A stretch of 64,000 bases of DNA, taken from the NCBI GenBank assembly GCA_017397925.1, contig JAFQHO010000047.1, forward strand, positions 4,750-68,749, in the 5' to 3' direction. Numbering within the stretch: the first letter of the stretch is position 1; each line of letters opens with the position of its first letter. Shown here in pieces: positions 29,297 to 41,285 of the stretch. The notes beneath the pieces were generated by a model that saw only the letters and a program-made list of their open reading frames with translations, did not search any database and was not told the DNA's origin. The DNA comes from Ruminococcus sp. (GTDB lineage Bacteria; Bacillota; Clostridia; Oscillospirales; Ruminococcaceae). The position numbers were made by a program, and so were the translations under genes.

Positions 29297-30844
29297 TTAT
29301 ATTTTCTGCAATTCTTTTTCTTCGGCTGAATTTTCTTTCTGTTCAAACTTCTTTAATGCTTTTTCATTAAACACCTCTGGTTTAACAAAAGTTGGAACTA
29401 TTTTACGCAGCTCCTCTACTACATTAACGTCGTCATTTTTCTCAGCAATAGAAATCAAGACATTAACCTTATCCATAAATGTTTCTGTATCAATTTCAAT
29501 CTGACGGCCGATAAATATAAGCTCGTTAGAAGTTTTTCCGGCTTTTTCTTCCTTGGATAAAGTTTCCTCGTAAAGCTTTTCGCCCTTACGAAGTCCTGTA
29601 AACTCAATTTTTATATCTTCATATGGTGTTTTACCATACATACGAATAAGGTTCTCTGCAAGTGTTACTATCTTGACCGGTTCTCCCATATCAAGAACAA
29701 ATATTTCACCGCCCTTTGCAATAGCAGCAGCTTCAAGAACAAGACTTACAGCCTCAGGAATTGTCATAAAGAAACGATAAATATCCTTATGAGTAACTGT
29801 AACGGGACCACCCTTTTCAATCTGCTTTTTGAAAAGCGGAATTACCGAGCCATTTGAACCAAGAACATTTCCGAAACGTGTTGTAACAAATTCTGTTCCG
29901 CCCGTCTTAGTCTGAGCAAGAAACTTTACAATCATCTCGCAACAGCGTTTAGAAGCACCCATGACATTAGTAGGATTAACTGCTTTATCTGTAGAAATCA
30001 TAACAAATTTTTCTACATTGTACTTCTGCGAAAGAGTTGCTACATTATATGTTCCCACAACATTATTTTTTATAGCTTCAGCAGGTGAAACCTCCATAAG
30101 AGGTACGTGTTTATGAGCTGCAGCGTGGAAAACAATTTCAGGTTTATACAGCTGAATTATTTTTTCAAGTCTGTCATAATCGCGAACAGAAGCAATAAGA
30201 GTAACAAGATTAAGGCTTTCACCATATTTCATACACAGCTCCTGCTGTATCTCATAAGCATTGTTCTCATAAATATCAACAATAACTACCTGCTTAGGAT
30301 CGTATCTTGCAATCTGACGTACAAGCTCAGAACCGATACTTCCACCGCCGCCTGTTACCATACACTTTTTGCCCTGTATAAAATTCTTGATATCCTGATT
30401 ATCAAATTTTATCGGATCACGGCCAAGAAGCTCTTCAATATTAATATCTCTTACCTGATTAAGAATTGACGCATTATTTTCCAGAATAAGGCTACCAATA
30501 AATGGAATAATTTTCAAAGGAAGCTTTGTTTCATTACATATATCAATAATCTTTTTTCTTTCCTTTTCTGATAATGAAGGAATAGCAAGAATAATTACTT
30601 CAATATCCAGTTCCTTTGCTTTATCAATAATAAGCTCATTTCCGCCAATTACTTCAACACCATTAATATACGTACCAAATTTTGATGGATCGCAGTCGAT
30701 AATACATACCGGATCGTAAAGTGCTGCGGATTTATCTCCTTCATATGGAGAATTCTTCGCGTTAAAAATTTCTTCCAGCAGAGTTGTTGCAGCTCTGCCG
30801 CCACCGATTATCATCGTTCTTTTAGAAGCAAAATTTGTTCCCAT
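29297..30844 (-). CDS. Nucleoside-diphosphate sugar dehydratase (CapD/PglF family), lacking the N-terminal TM region
   Basis: TGGGGSIGSEL, HAAAHKHVP, ISTDKAVNP, RFGNVLGS.GSV, RFFMTIPEA. Confidence 0.9.
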   Translation of the reverse strand: MGTNFASKRTMIIGGGRAATTLLEEIFNAKNSPYEGDKSAALYDPVCIIDCDPSKFGTYINGVEVIGGNELIIDKAKELDIEVIILAIPSLSEKERKKIIDICNETKLPLKIIPFIGSLILENNASILNQVRDINIEELLGRDPIKFDNQDIKNFIQGKKCMVTGGGGSIGSELVRQIARYDPKQVVIVDIYENNAYEIQQELCMKYGESLNLVTLIASVRDYDRLEKIIQLYKPEIVFHAAAHKHVPLMEVSPAEAIKNNVVGTYNVATLSQKYNVEKFVMISTDKAVNPTNVMGASKRCCEMIVKFLAQTKTGGTEFVTTRFGNVLGSNGSVIPLFKKQIEKGGPVTVTHKDIYRFFMTIPEAVSLVLEAAAIAKGGEIFVLDMGEPVKIVTLAENLIRMYGKTPYEDIKIEFTGLRKGEKLYEETLSKEEKAGKTSNELIFIGRQIEIDTETFMDKVNVLISIAEKNDDVNVVEELRKIVPTFVKPEVFNEKALKKFEQKENSAEEKELQKI

Positions 30845-31143
30845 TACGGCTACATTCCTATTCCTTAAATATATTTATACATTTTCCTGATTTACCTGAT
30901 GAATATTCACAGCGACGTGTTAACACCAAAAGATATGTCAATATCAGAAAAAACGTATAACAATAAAAACCACGCTGTGCATATATACTATTATTATACA
31001 TCCTAACGAATTAAAAAGCAAGCCACTTTACAAATTAACAAAAAAAATCGTCAATTTAGACAATCTCATTATATATTAAATGTAAAATTTCGACACGCTT
31101 TTTTAATGTAAAAAGCTGCCGTATTACTACAGCAGCTTAATAT

Positions 31144-33672
31144 TTATGCAGTTACAATTTCGTTATCTTTATGAAGATTAAGCTTTTCAACAGCTTGTTC
31201 ACGCATCTTATATTTCAGAATTTTTCCGGCTGCATTCATTGGGAAACTATCTACAAAATCAACATATTTAGGACATTTATGCTTTGCCATTTTTTCAAGA
31301 CAATAGTTCTTGATTTCTTCTTCAGTGGATGTTTCACCCTCCTGAAGTATAATACAAGCCATAATTTCTTCGCCATAATCAGCACTTGGTACTCCGATTA
31401 CCTGAACATCCTTTACCTTTGGATGTGTATAAAGAAAATCTTCAATTTCCTTAGGATATATATTCTCACCGCCACGTATAATCATATCCTTTATGCGTCC
31501 TGTAATCTTGTAATAGCCGTCAGAAGAACGTTTTCTTGCAAGATCACCTGTATGCAGCCAGCCATCGAAATCTATTGCAGCAGCTGTAGCCTCGGGCATT
31601 TTATAGTAGCCCTTCATTATATTATATCCTCGAGCAACAAATTCACCGTCAGTATCATCAGGAAGCTCTTCATTTGTTTCAGGGTCAACAATTTTACACT
31701 CTACTCCGAATATAGCTCCACCAACAGTATTTACACGCTGTTCAATTGTATCTGTCGTTTTGCTCATTGTGCAGGCAGGTGAAGCTTCGGTCTGTCCATA
31801 AGTTATACAGATTTCAGACATATTCATCTTTTCAAGCACTTCTTCCATTGTCTTTATAGGACAAGGCGATCCAGCCATAATACCTGTTCTCATATATGAA
31901 AAATCAGTTTTTTCAAAATCCTCATGGCCGAGCATAGCAATAAACATTGTTGGTACGCCGTGGAAGCAGGTAATCTTTTCTTTATTAATACAAGCAAGTC
32001 CCTTTCTTGGTGAAAATCTTGTAATAGGTGACATAGTTGTTCCGTGTGTCATTGAAGCAGTCATAGCAAGTACCATACCAAAGCAATGGAACATAGGTAC
32101 CTGAATCATCATACGATCAGCTGTTGAAAGATCCATACAGTCTCCGATAGCTTTACCATTATTTACAACATTATAATGTGTAAGCATTACACCCTTTGGA
32201 AAGCCTGTTGTACCTGATGTATACTGCATATTACATACATCGTGAACGCTGATTGTCTTTCTGACGCTTTCCATTTCACTATACGAAACATTCTTTGAAA
32301 GTGCCACTGCTTCTTCCCAAGTATAGCATCCCTTGTTTACAGAATCAACTGTAATTACATTCTTAAGCATAGGAAGTCTTGAAGATTCAAGCCTTCCTGC
32401 ATCGCAATTCTCAAGCTCCGGGCAAAGTTCTTTGATAATATTTACATAACTAATATCTCTAATGCCGTCAACCATAACAAGAGTGTTTGTATCTGACTGG
32501 CGTAGCAGATATTCAGCCTCGTGAATTTTATATTCTGTATTCACTGTAACAAGTACAGCGCCGATTTTTGTAGTTGCCCAGAAAGTAATATACCATTGAG
32601 GTACATTAGTTGCCCATATAGCAACGTGGTCGCCTTTTTTAACGCCCATTGCAAGTAATGCTCTTGCAAATGTATCTACATCATCTCTGAATTCTGAATA
32701 TGTTCGTGTATAATCAAGCTCTGTATATCTGAATGCATACTGATTAGGGAAATCCTCGCACATACGATCGAGAACATCGGGGAATGTGTAATTAAGTATC
32801 TTTTCCTTTGGCCAAGGATAATGACCTGTTCCCTTTATACTTGTCTGTAAGGAATGCTTGTGCTTCTTTTTATAAGGAGCCATATATTGTGCATACTGTG
32901 GAATTACAATTCCACCATCACTGAGGTCGGATGCCCAGCGTTTTACCCATTCAAGAGTTATATATCCATCATAATTTATCGTTTCAAGAGCAGATATCAT
33001 ATCCTTAACAGGAATATCACCGCTGCCCATAAGACGATACTCAACTTTACCATCAGCATTGATTACGCTATCTTTAATGTGAGTATACTTTATGTACTGT
33101 CCAAGATTCGCAACAGTTGTTTCAGGAGCCTCATTATTGTAACGGTAAGGATGGTGCATATCCCATAATGCAGCAACTTTACGGCTAGCAACCTTGTCAA
33201 GCACAGAAGCAAGTCGCGCTGTATCACAATAAACACCATTTGTTTCAACAAGCAGGGTTACATTATATTCTTCTGCAATTGGAATGAGCTTTTTAAGACA
33301 TTCAATGATATAATCATCGTCTACTTCATCTACAGGAGCAGGTTCGAGATCTGCAAGTATTCTGATGTATGATGTGCCAAGCTTTGAAGCGAGCTGTGCA
33401 TACGCCACTATCTCAGCCTCTGCTTCTGCAAATTTATCCTTGTATTTCAGGCAGGCACCTGATGAAAGACAGGAAATTTCTAGACCAAGCGAATTAAGCT
33501 TATCAATTGTTGCAGGCAATTGAGAATCAGTGAAAGGCTTTGCCTTTACTGAGAAAATCTCATTACCAAGACCTCTTATTTCAATACCATTGAAACCAAG
33601 GTCTTTAGCGGCTCCATAAATATCTTGCCACGACCAGTTCGGGCAAGCAAGAGTTGAAAAACTAATCTTCAT
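31144..33672 (-). CDS. Fusion: xylose-isomerase-like TIM barrel + acyl-CoA synthetase (AMP-binding)
   Basis: N-terminal ~270 aa with E-T, WDMHH, HIKD, TLE metal motifs; C-terminal YTSGTTGFPKG, YGQTE, TGDL, IIRGGENIYP, GKILK. Confidence 0.85.
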   Translation of the reverse strand: MKISFSTLACPNWSWQDIYGAAKDLGFNGIEIRGLGNEIFSVKAKPFTDSQLPATIDKLNSLGLEISCLSSGACLKYKDKFAEAEAEIVAYAQLASKLGTSYIRILADLEPAPVDEVDDDYIIECLKKLIPIAEEYNVTLLVETNGVYCDTARLASVLDKVASRKVAALWDMHHPYRYNNEAPETTVANLGQYIKYTHIKDSVINADGKVEYRLMGSGDIPVKDMISALETINYDGYITLEWVKRWASDLSDGGIVIPQYAQYMAPYKKKHKHSLQTSIKGTGHYPWPKEKILNYTFPDVLDRMCEDFPNQYAFRYTELDYTRTYSEFRDDVDTFARALLAMGVKKGDHVAIWATNVPQWYITFWATTKIGAVLVTVNTEYKIHEAEYLLRQSDTNTLVMVDGIRDISYVNIIKELCPELENCDAGRLESSRLPMLKNVITVDSVNKGCYTWEEAVALSKNVSYSEMESVRKTISVHDVCNMQYTSGTTGFPKGVMLTHYNVVNNGKAIGDCMDLSTADRMMIQVPMFHCFGMVLAMTASMTHGTTMSPITRFSPRKGLACINKEKITCFHGVPTMFIAMLGHEDFEKTDFSYMRTGIMAGSPCPIKTMEEVLEKMNMSEICITYGQTEASPACTMSKTTDTIEQRVNTVGGAIFGVECKIVDPETNEELPDDTDGEFVARGYNIMKGYYKMPEATAAAIDFDGWLHTGDLARKRSSDGYYKITGRIKDMIIRGGENIYPKEIEDFLYTHPKVKDVQVIGVPSADYGEEIMACIILQEGETSTEEEIKNYCLEKMAKHKCPKYVDFVDSFPMNAAGKILKYKMREQAVEKLNLHKDNEIVTA

Positions 33673-33860
33673 ATATCTATCATTCCTTCATAAGTAATTT
33701 ATGCAATACTGTCCAGAAATATTTAATGAATGCCTTTACACACTACAATTCTAAACAGATAAATTAATTATACCATATTTCCGCATATTTTTCAATAGTT
33801 ATGCCGCAATTTTCATTATTTTAACATAAAACACCGCACAAAATGTGCGGTGTCGTAAAA

Positions 33861-36140
33861 TCAATTCCAGAAGGAGACAAGGTCCTCAGCATAATAAAGA
33901 AGATGTGGAAACGCGTGATTTAAAGCATTATTATCAAATGAAAGCAATTCAAGTATTCCAAGCATAACCGTAATAATTGTAACTATCGAAACAATGCTTA
34001 CAGATTTAGCAGAAATCTCACTTTCAGGCTTAAATTCACAGGAAACATCACATATTACAAATGCTGCAAGAAGTGCAAGCAATGGGAATATATCGCAGAC
34101 ATAACTAAGAATGACTCCTGCCATACAATAATCAAACCACGCAATAAATACACTCATCGCAAAAACAAGCAAATATGCCATTTTTCTTGTATTTACAGCG
34201 TTAAAACAGAATTTCTCGCCTTTCTTTGCCCTGTTGTGATGAATAAGCAATGGTAACACGAGTAATCCAGCTGCAATAAAAGGTACAGCTAACGCTCCCA
34301 TTGAAAAATCACTGTAAATATAAGCTTGTCTGTTTGAAAGATACAAACCATCTATTGAAACAAACGGGAATGAACCTTCCATACAAAGCGGTCTCAAAAA
34401 ATAATTCATTATTGAATCAGGAAGCATCGAAATCTTTAATCCACTTGCTGTTACATTGCTTACAGTAAGCTGATATATAGCTCCGAATTCAAAAGGAGAA
34501 TCAAATCTCGCATTATTATAAGCCATTATTGCTCCACATCCGATTCCAACAGGAACAAGGAATGAAGCAACAGAAATAATCTTACTTTTCACCTTTATTT
34601 CACGATTAAACAGCAGTTCAAGAAAAACTGGAGCTATAACAAGACAACTCAATGCTCTTGTGGGCTTTGAAGCAAGGCAAAATGCAAATGCCAATCCACA
34701 AAGTATAAACAAAACTGGCTGTTTCTTTTTTCCTTGCTGTATACACGCCTCAATACCGCACCACAGGCACATCATAAGGAAGCAGGTACCTGTAATACCA
34801 GGAAGTGCATACATATCAGAAGAATTCACATTGAAATATATTCCCGAGGCAAAAAGCGAGGAAATCATACATAATATCAATGTAAGGAAGTTAGGCTTGC
34901 TAAGGTATTTTCTTACAAAAGCCATAATTGTTCCGTACATAAATATTATTGATAAAAAGCCGAATACCATACAAGCACTATTTATTGACGGTAATCTCTT
35001 TGTTATGAAATAATAGGGATAATAATAAGTGAGTACGGGTGCAATTCCGTAATAGGAATAATACTTGCCGTCATAGTAGGCTCTGTCCCAGGAATATGCT
35101 ACTCCATTATCCTCACGGAGGGATAAATCATATGGATTTTCCATTGCAAGAAGTTCATCACTGGGTGTTATATTGATATTCACACGCTTATTCTGAATAG
35201 CATCAAACATCTGAACGTATGGGTCGGCCCAGTAATAATTATCACCCTTGGTGTATTCCATATCCTCCACATCAGGATTAGCAAAGAGGAATACAGTAAG
35301 TGCAGAAAGACAGGTCAGAACAAATATTATCGCTCTGTGTCTGGTATCTTTTCTGTTGTATGTTACCTTATATAACTCATATGAACGAATAAGAGCAATA
35401 AGTGTCAGTATAAGGAATACAGTCCAGAAACGCAAGTCTGAAAATCTGAACGGTAACGCTTTAAAGAAACTGATTTTGGAAATTGTAATTGTATCAGTTA
35501 ATCCATAGAATTCAAGGCGGATTGAATGCAGATTTTCATATGACTTGAATGAAAAGTCAGCCTTGCCATAATCGCCCTTAACTCTCTTTTCACCTATGTT
35601 AATATATCTCTGTGAAAAGTTGTTATCTTTTATACTTGCTACAATACGGAATTCTGATGTACCTTCACTATCAAATTCAATTGTTACAGCGTTGATATCA
35701 GCTTTATCAATATCGTAGTAAAGCGTAGATTCAGAACTCATTACTATTTCATCAGCTGTAATAGACGTAATATCATTATTGGTTGTGAATACAGTATAAT
35801 CGCTTACTACAGTTTCAATGTTCCCTTTAGCTATTGATTTGAAGTTAAAAACAAGTACTTCCGATGCAAATGCTATAAGACAAGCCGCTGCTGTTCCCTT
35901 GATAAAACGATTTAATTTTTCATTTTTCTGAACTGCAGGAAGAACAGCTCCTCCAAAACATATCGCTACAGCTAATAGAGCAGTAATAACTGATATATGC
36001 TTTTCACAAACTGCATAAGATGAAGTAATTAAAACGTAAATTACAGCTATAACAGCAACACTAAGGAGAAATATCAGCGACCTTTTTTCAAATAACGACG
36101 GTTTATTTTCCTTTTTCGTTTCAGTTTGATTTTTCTTCAT
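33861..36140 (-). CDS. Polytopic membrane protein, possible GT-C glycosyltransferase
   Basis: Many TMs, YYSYYGIAP loop, [13 protein letters not shown]; cotranscribed with GtrA. Confidence 0.55.
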   Translation of the reverse strand: MKKNQTETKKENKPSLFEKRSLIFLLSVAVIAVIYVLITSSYAVCEKHISVITALLAVAICFGGAVLPAVQKNEKLNRFIKGTAAACLIAFASEVLVFNFKSIAKGNIETVVSDYTVFTTNNDITSITADEIVMSSESTLYYDIDKADINAVTIEFDSEGTSEFRIVASIKDNNFSQRYINIGEKRVKGDYGKADFSFKSYENLHSIRLEFYGLTDTITISKISFFKALPFRFSDLRFWTVFLILTLIALIRSYELYKVTYNRKDTRHRAIIFVLTCLSALTVFLFANPDVEDMEYTKGDNYYWADPYVQMFDAIQNKRVNINITPSDELLAMENPYDLSLREDNGVAYSWDRAYYDGKYYSYYGIAPVLTYYYPYYFITKRLPSINSACMVFGFLSIIFMYGTIMAFVRKYLSKPNFLTLILCMISSLFASGIYFNVNSSDMYALPGITGTCFLMMCLWCGIEACIQQGKKKQPVLFILCGLAFAFCLASKPTRALSCLVIAPVFLELLFNREIKVKSKIISVASFLVPVGIGCGAIMAYNNARFDSPFEFGAIYQLTVSNVTASGLKISMLPDSIMNYFLRPLCMEGSFPFVSIDGLYLSNRQAYIYSDFSMGALAVPFIAAGLLVLPLLIHHNRAKKGEKFCFNAVNTRKMAYLLVFAMSVFIAWFDYCMAGVILSYVCDIFPLLALLAAFVICDVSCEFKPESEISAKSVSIVSIVTIITVMLGILELLSFDNNALNHAFPHLLYYAEDLVSFWN

Positions 36141-37680
36141 GGTATTCCTTCTCTGTATTTACATTCCAGATATTATCCTTTGATGTTTCACCATTTATAA
36201 TATTTTTTACAGTTTCAAAGGATGTAACCATTGAGTGGTCCATATTGTTATAACGATGCTGTCCGTTACGTCCTACACAATAGAGATTATCAAAAGTATC
36301 AAGGTAGCTGATAATATCATCCATATGCTCATAAGTGTCAAAATATGCAGGATATGCCTTTTTAACCTTTTCACGGTGACAATCCTTTACACTCTTAGGT
36401 GTACTGATAACACCCATTTTTATGAGTTCCTTGATAGCAAGCTTAATGCATTCCTTGTCTGTCATATTCCAGAAATCATCGCCTTCGCTGCAGAAATATT
36501 CAAGACCAATCCACACATAACGTTCGGGGTCAGTAACCATATACGGTGACCAGTTGTTGAAAATCTGAATTCTTCCAAGCTTAACACCTGTATCCTGTAC
36601 ATAAATCCAACAGTCAGGAACAATATTACCGAGAGTTCTGATATTTGTTTCATTTTTGAGGTTGAGTCTGTCAACGAGAAGTCCTACAGTTACAAAATCT
36701 CTGTAAGGAAGCCCTGCTGACCATTCTGCAATGTTCTCAGGGACATCATTCATACCACCTACTAAATCCTTTACAGGCATTGATGAAATAAAGATATCAC
36801 CTGAAACTTCCTTTGAAATACCGTTTTCTTCGGCAGTAATTGATACAACCTTACCATTTTCTGTCTTGATAGTCTTTACAGAGCAGTTCTTTATAATCTT
36901 ACCGCCCATATTTTCAATATGTGAAGCAACTGTTTCCCAGAGATGTCCGGGACCGAATTTTGGATAGTAGAATTCTTCAATAAGTGAAGTTTCTTTTGTC
37001 TGATTTTCGCCGCCTGGGATAATCTTGGATACCATATCCTTGATAACAGCCATAATGGAAAGTCCCTTTACACGCTGCGAACCCCAATCTGCGGAAATCT
37101 CTCTTGGATGTCTGCCCCAGAGTTTTTCTGTATATCCCTCAAAGAACATACTGTAAAGTGTCTTACCAAAACGATTTATATAGAAGTTTTCAAGTGAGTC
37201 CTCTGGTTTCTTCACAACACAAGACTGGAGATAACTTACACCGGATTTTACAGTTGAAGTAAGTCCCATATTCTTAAAAGTCTGAGGCTTCATAGTTACA
37301 GGATAATCAAAGAATTTCTTTTTATAGTAAATACGTGAAACTCTGTTTCTTACCAGCATTACTTCATCAGTTTCAGCAGGGTCAGGGCCACCCTCCTTGA
37401 GCTTCTTTTCGCGTCCGAGAATAACATCATCAAACGAAGGCTTACCCTGTGTAGGCATAATTTCTTCCCACCACTGAGTAACATCGTTATCCTTTGAGAA
37501 AAAACGATGACCACCGATATCCATACGGTTTCCGTTATACTTTACAGTTTTTGAAATACCGCCGATGTCATCGGATTCCTCTAAAATTGTCACATTATAC
37601 TTATCTGGAGCTTTTTTAAGAAGCTCATAGGCCGCTGTAAGTCCTGCAGGACCTGCACCAATGATAATTACATTTTCCAT
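36121..37680 (-). CDS. FAD-dependent oxidoreductase (HemY/Glf-like, cell-envelope associated)
   Basis: [39 protein letters not shown]. Confidence 0.8.
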   Translation of the reverse strand: MENVIIIGAGPAGLTAAYELLKKAPDKYNVTILEESDDIGGISKTVKYNGNRMDIGGHRFFSKDNDVTQWWEEIMPTQGKPSFDDVILGREKKLKEGGPDPAETDEVMLVRNRVSRIYYKKKFFDYPVTMKPQTFKNMGLTSTVKSGVSYLQSCVVKKPEDSLENFYINRFGKTLYSMFFEGYTEKLWGRHPREISADWGSQRVKGLSIMAVIKDMVSKIIPGGENQTKETSLIEEFYYPKFGPGHLWETVASHIENMGGKIIKNCSVKTIKTENGKVVSITAEENGISKEVSGDIFISSMPVKDLVGGMNDVPENIAEWSAGLPYRDFVTVGLLVDRLNLKNETNIRTLGNIVPDCWIYVQDTGVKLGRIQIFNNWSPYMVTDPERYVWIGLEYFCSEGDDFWNMTDKECIKLAIKELIKMGVISTPKSVKDCHREKVKKAYPAYFDTYEHMDDIISYLDTFDNLYCVGRNGQHRYNNMDHSMVTSFETVKNIINGETSKDNIWNVNTEKEYHEEKSN

Positions 37681-37701
37681 TTCAATAACTCCTTTATATT
37701 T

Positions 37702-38163
37702 TTATTTTGAATAAAGAATAACCTTTCTTGCAACATAGTTATATACAAGCACTATGAGTGCTACAAGAACTTTAGCTATATATCTGTTCATAGACATAAC
37801 CCACTCAGTGAAAAGCATCATTAAGAGTACATTGAGAATCGCACCAACTATGCCTATTACAGTATACCACACAAATTCGCCTTTACGTGATACTTTTTCA
37901 GAATCCTCTGTAAAAACAAATTTTTTTGATAAAAGGAAATTGACTATAAGTCCGCAGATAAAACCTGCAATAGTTCCGATTGTTGTTACAACTGCCCCCT
38001 TGCCAAGTAATAAGCAAACAATGGCAAATACAGCATAATCTACTACAAACGCAATTCCACCAACAAAACAATATCGGAAGAATTTTATCATACCATTATC
38101 AGTTGGACTAAAAAATAGATTTTTAAAATCAAATTTAAATAAAAGTGAAAATAACTCCTTCAT
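37702..38163 (-). CDS. GtrA family flippase-like protein
   Basis: Four TMs; KFFRYCFVGG; NFLLSKKFVF; YNYVARK. Confidence 0.85.
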   Translation of the reverse strand: MKELFSLLFKFDFKNLFFSPTDNGMIKFFRYCFVGGIAFVVDYAVFAIVCLLLGKGAVVTTIGTIAGFICGLIVNFLLSKKFVFTEDSEKVSRKGEFVWYTVIGIVGAILNVLLMMLFTEWVMSMNRYIAKVLVALIVLVYNYVARKVILYSK

Positions 38164-38311
38164 ATCGCTTTACTCCTTCTTATATTTTACTATTATATCA
38201 CTTTTATATAAAAATGTCAACCGCTTATATCGAATTTTTCATCTATTGCACTTGACAAACCTTATTTAAACGTGTATAATATATTCATAATCTATGAAAG
38301 GAGCTTTTATA

Positions 38312-38623
38312 ATGAGCGAAATTATTAACGAAAATGTAAATATACCCGAAGATGAGGAAGAAAATGAAAATTATATAACTCTTACTGATGATAACGGTGA
38401 GGATGTTTCCTTTGAAGTTCTTGGTACTCTTGAATACAAAGAACGATGGTTTGCTGTTCTTCTTCCCTTTGACGAAGAAGATGAGGGCGTTGTTATTCTT
38501 GAACTCGTTCCCAGTGAAGACCCCGAATTTGATGAGTTCGTAGGTATCGATGATGACGCACTCGTCAATGAGGTATTTGAAGAATTCAAGAAGACATACG
38601 AAGGTCCATATAATTTTGAATAA
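38312..38623 (+). CDS. DUF1292-like acidic small protein
   Basis: ITLTDDNGEDVSFE, F.EVFEEF; very acidic. Confidence 0.75.
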   Translation: MSEIINENVNIPEDEEENENYITLTDDNGEDVSFEVLGTLEYKERWFAVLLPFDEEDEGVVILELVPSEDPEFDEFVGIDDDALVNEVFEEFKKTYEGPYNFE

Positions 38624-38659
38624 TATTTAAGCGGCAGATTTTCAACCTGCCGCTTTTAT

Positions 38660-40168
38660 TTACGCTGTAAGCTTTTCTCTCATTCTGCAAAAATCAAAAA
38701 CATCAATAATACCATCCCTGCACAGATCTCCTGCCTGCCAGTCAGTAATCTCACCACTGCCTAAAAGCCAACATTCCAGCATCACTGCATCAGCAATGGA
38801 AAATTCACCGTCAGCGTTTACATCTCCGGTTACTGAAACAGCAACAGAAAGTTTTTCCTTTATGACGGATAAAAGTGAATACGCCCCTGCTGCATCCTGA
38901 GAGAGCTCCCATATCATAATTCCGCCATATTCTTTAGCTATATCGCACTTTTTAGCCATTGTAGCCGCACCGTTGTACGCTATATCGTTGTATAAATCTC
39001 TGTTGTAATTATCCTTATCCTTTTCAATTAACTCAGCAAACGATATATACGAGTTCCAGTCAAGTTTGCCATCAGAGGTGTATCCCCTGCCATAGAACGG
39101 CACACCAAGAACAAGCTTTTCCTTTGGTATTTTCTTCTGTATATTAAAATATTTCAGCGATGTCTGTGTGAAATCCATATCACAATGTGAGCTTTCATCA
39201 GCATCATTATCATATGCCATAACATTTATAAAATCAAATAATCCAAATGTTTCGGGAGAAACTTTTACAGCTACCCACTGTGCCGAAGCTGTCGAAAGCT
39301 CGTAGTCATATTCATCACAAAGGATTCTCAAAGAAGCTACCCAATCGGCGTAATAATTCCATATTTCGTGATTTGAACCCAATTCAATATCAAGGTCAAT
39401 ACCATCAAGGTCGTATTTTTCGCAATAAGCAATAATTTTCTCATTGAAATCCGTCATTTCTTCGGGAGTATCCAGCAATGGAAGATACCCGTCACAGCCT
39501 CCTCCACCGCCTAATGCCGCCATAACCTTAACACCGTTGCTATGAGCCTCGCTTACTATGTTTTTCATCTCAATATCAGGTATATAACAGGATAGATCAC
39601 CATTGCTGTCGGGATTGCAGAAGGCTATGTTCATATGCGTCAATGCGCTGAAATCAAGCTTTCCATATGTCTGATATGACCAATCAGGAAGATAGCCTAC
39701 AACCCTTGAAATATGCTCCCTGTCCTCTTCTTCGGGAGTTTCCGCCGTACTGCCGCCCATAACCATATCAATGGAATAGACTGTCACAGGAGTATTTGCC
39801 GCCATAACTGAAATATAATCAAGAAGAGAAAAATCTGTGCCGAATGCATCAGTCATAGCTTCATAGGAATAGTAATATGTATCGCCGCTTGCATCGTCGG
39901 GAAGCAGGCTTGCCCAAGTTTCGCCGCCGCTGTATGATGTAAGCACAAAATAAGGAGCATCATCAGAAGCACATTTAACGGCTATTTTGTTTCCTTCGGC
40001 ATATATACTTGTGTCAGGCACGGGAATTGTCAACGGACAAGTCCACGCATCGGCTGAAGCCTCTCCTTCATATAAATGTATAACATTCTCATTTGCGTAA
40101 GCAGTCATTGTCTGCGTAATCATCAATACCACTGCAGCAACAACAGATATGATTTTACTTATTCTCAT
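38660..40168 (-). CDS. GH18 chitinase-like glycoside hydrolase with C-terminal dockerin
   Basis: Signal peptide; DGIDLDIE (DxDxE); MAYD; LGVPFYG; MIWEL; GDVNADG dockerin. Confidence 0.88.
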   Translation of the reverse strand: MRISKIISVVAAVVLMITQTMTAYANENVIHLYEGEASADAWTCPLTIPVPDTSIYAEGNKIAVKCASDDAPYFVLTSYSGGETWASLLPDDASGDTYYYSYEAMTDAFGTDFSLLDYISVMAANTPVTVYSIDMVMGGSTAETPEEEDREHISRVVGYLPDWSYQTYGKLDFSALTHMNIAFCNPDSNGDLSCYIPDIEMKNIVSEAHSNGVKVMAALGGGGGCDGYLPLLDTPEEMTDFNEKIIAYCEKYDLDGIDLDIELGSNHEIWNYYADWVASLRILCDEYDYELSTASAQWVAVKVSPETFGLFDFINVMAYDNDADESSHCDMDFTQTSLKYFNIQKKIPKEKLVLGVPFYGRGYTSDGKLDWNSYISFAELIEKDKDNYNRDLYNDIAYNGAATMAKKCDIAKEYGGIMIWELSQDAAGAYSLLSVIKEKLSVAVSVTGDVNADGEFSIADAVMLECWLLGSGEITDWQAGDLCRDGIIDVFDFCRMREKLTA

Positions 40169-40318
40169 AAAAGCACTCCTTTCGATATAGCACCAATGGG
40201 TATTATACTTCATATCTCAATTATATAATGTAAAGTCCTTTATGTCAATAATATTTTTCTTGACACACATCATTTTTTGGTATATAATATTTATATAAAA
40301 TTTTTAGCGGAGGTACAT

Positions 40319-41266
40319 ATGGTTAAATTAAAATGCAGAATGTTTGAGGAGTCAAAAAAATCAACCGCATCAGAAAATATAATTATAACGCTGCTGATAT
40401 TCTTTTTTATGTTTGTTCTGATACAGCTTGCTGAATCAATTATTCCTTCAATAATGTCATATGACGAATTACAGCTAAGAATTGCCGCAGAAGGAACTGC
40501 CGACATAAAACGTTCAATGGAAATTGCAACAGAAATAATGATGCAGGAAAAATATCTTATCCCAACTCTTTTCTGTACGTTTTTTGGTACTCTAATCAGT
40601 ATAATTTACTGTCGGTTTATCGAAGCACGCTACATCACATCAATGGGTATGAGAAAGAAAAAAGCGGGCATTCACTATCTGCAGGGACTTCTTATCGGAT
40701 TTGTTCTGATATCATCACTCACTTTATTATCAGCTCTTTTCGGAATTACTGAAATCAATCTCTGTAAATCAAGCAATCTATCAATAATCGCCTTGATGCT
40801 GGGAGGATTTCTTGTACAGGGTATGAGTGAAGAATTTATCTTCCGCGGATATCTTATGAACACCCTTGGAGGCAGACATAACCCTTGGACTGCTGTAATT
40901 GTCAGTTCCGCGGCATTTTCTCTTGCACACATTCTTAATCCGGGATTCAGCTTCCTTGTCTTTATAAATCTAACACTGTTCGGAGTTTTCGCAGGACTTT
41001 ATATGATTGCCTTTGACGATATATGGGGAGCATGTGCTATTCACTCTATATGGAATTTCACACAGGGAAGCATTTATGGCATAAGCGTCAGTGGAACCGG
41101 TGAAAACGAATCAATATTCCGTACAACTGCCGTTTCTTCGTCTGTTTTATTAACAGGCGGAGATTTCGGAATTGAAGGCAGTATCATCACAACAATTATA
41201 CTTGCAGCCGCTTGTATACCTGTATTGATGAAAATAAAAAAGCAGACATCAGCTGAAAATATATAA
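40319..41266 (+). CDS. CPBP (CAAX/Abi) intramembrane metalloprotease
   Basis: EEFIFRG, FSLAH, HSIWN motifs; multiple TMs. Confidence 0.88.
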   Translation: MVKLKCRMFEESKKSTASENIIITLLIFFFMFVLIQLAESIIPSIMSYDELQLRIAAEGTADIKRSMEIATEIMMQEKYLIPTLFCTFFGTLISIIYCRFIEARYITSMGMRKKKAGIHYLQGLLIGFVLISSLTLLSALFGITEINLCKSSNLSIIALMLGGFLVQGMSEEFIFRGYLMNTLGGRHNPWTAVIVSSAAFSLAHILNPGFSFLVFINLTLFGVFAGLYMIAFDDIWGACAIHSIWNFTQGSIYGISVSGTGENESIFRTTAVSSSVLLTGGDFGIEGSIITTIILAAACIPVLMKIKKQTSAENI

Positions 41267-41285
41267 TACCAATCCCTAAAATATT

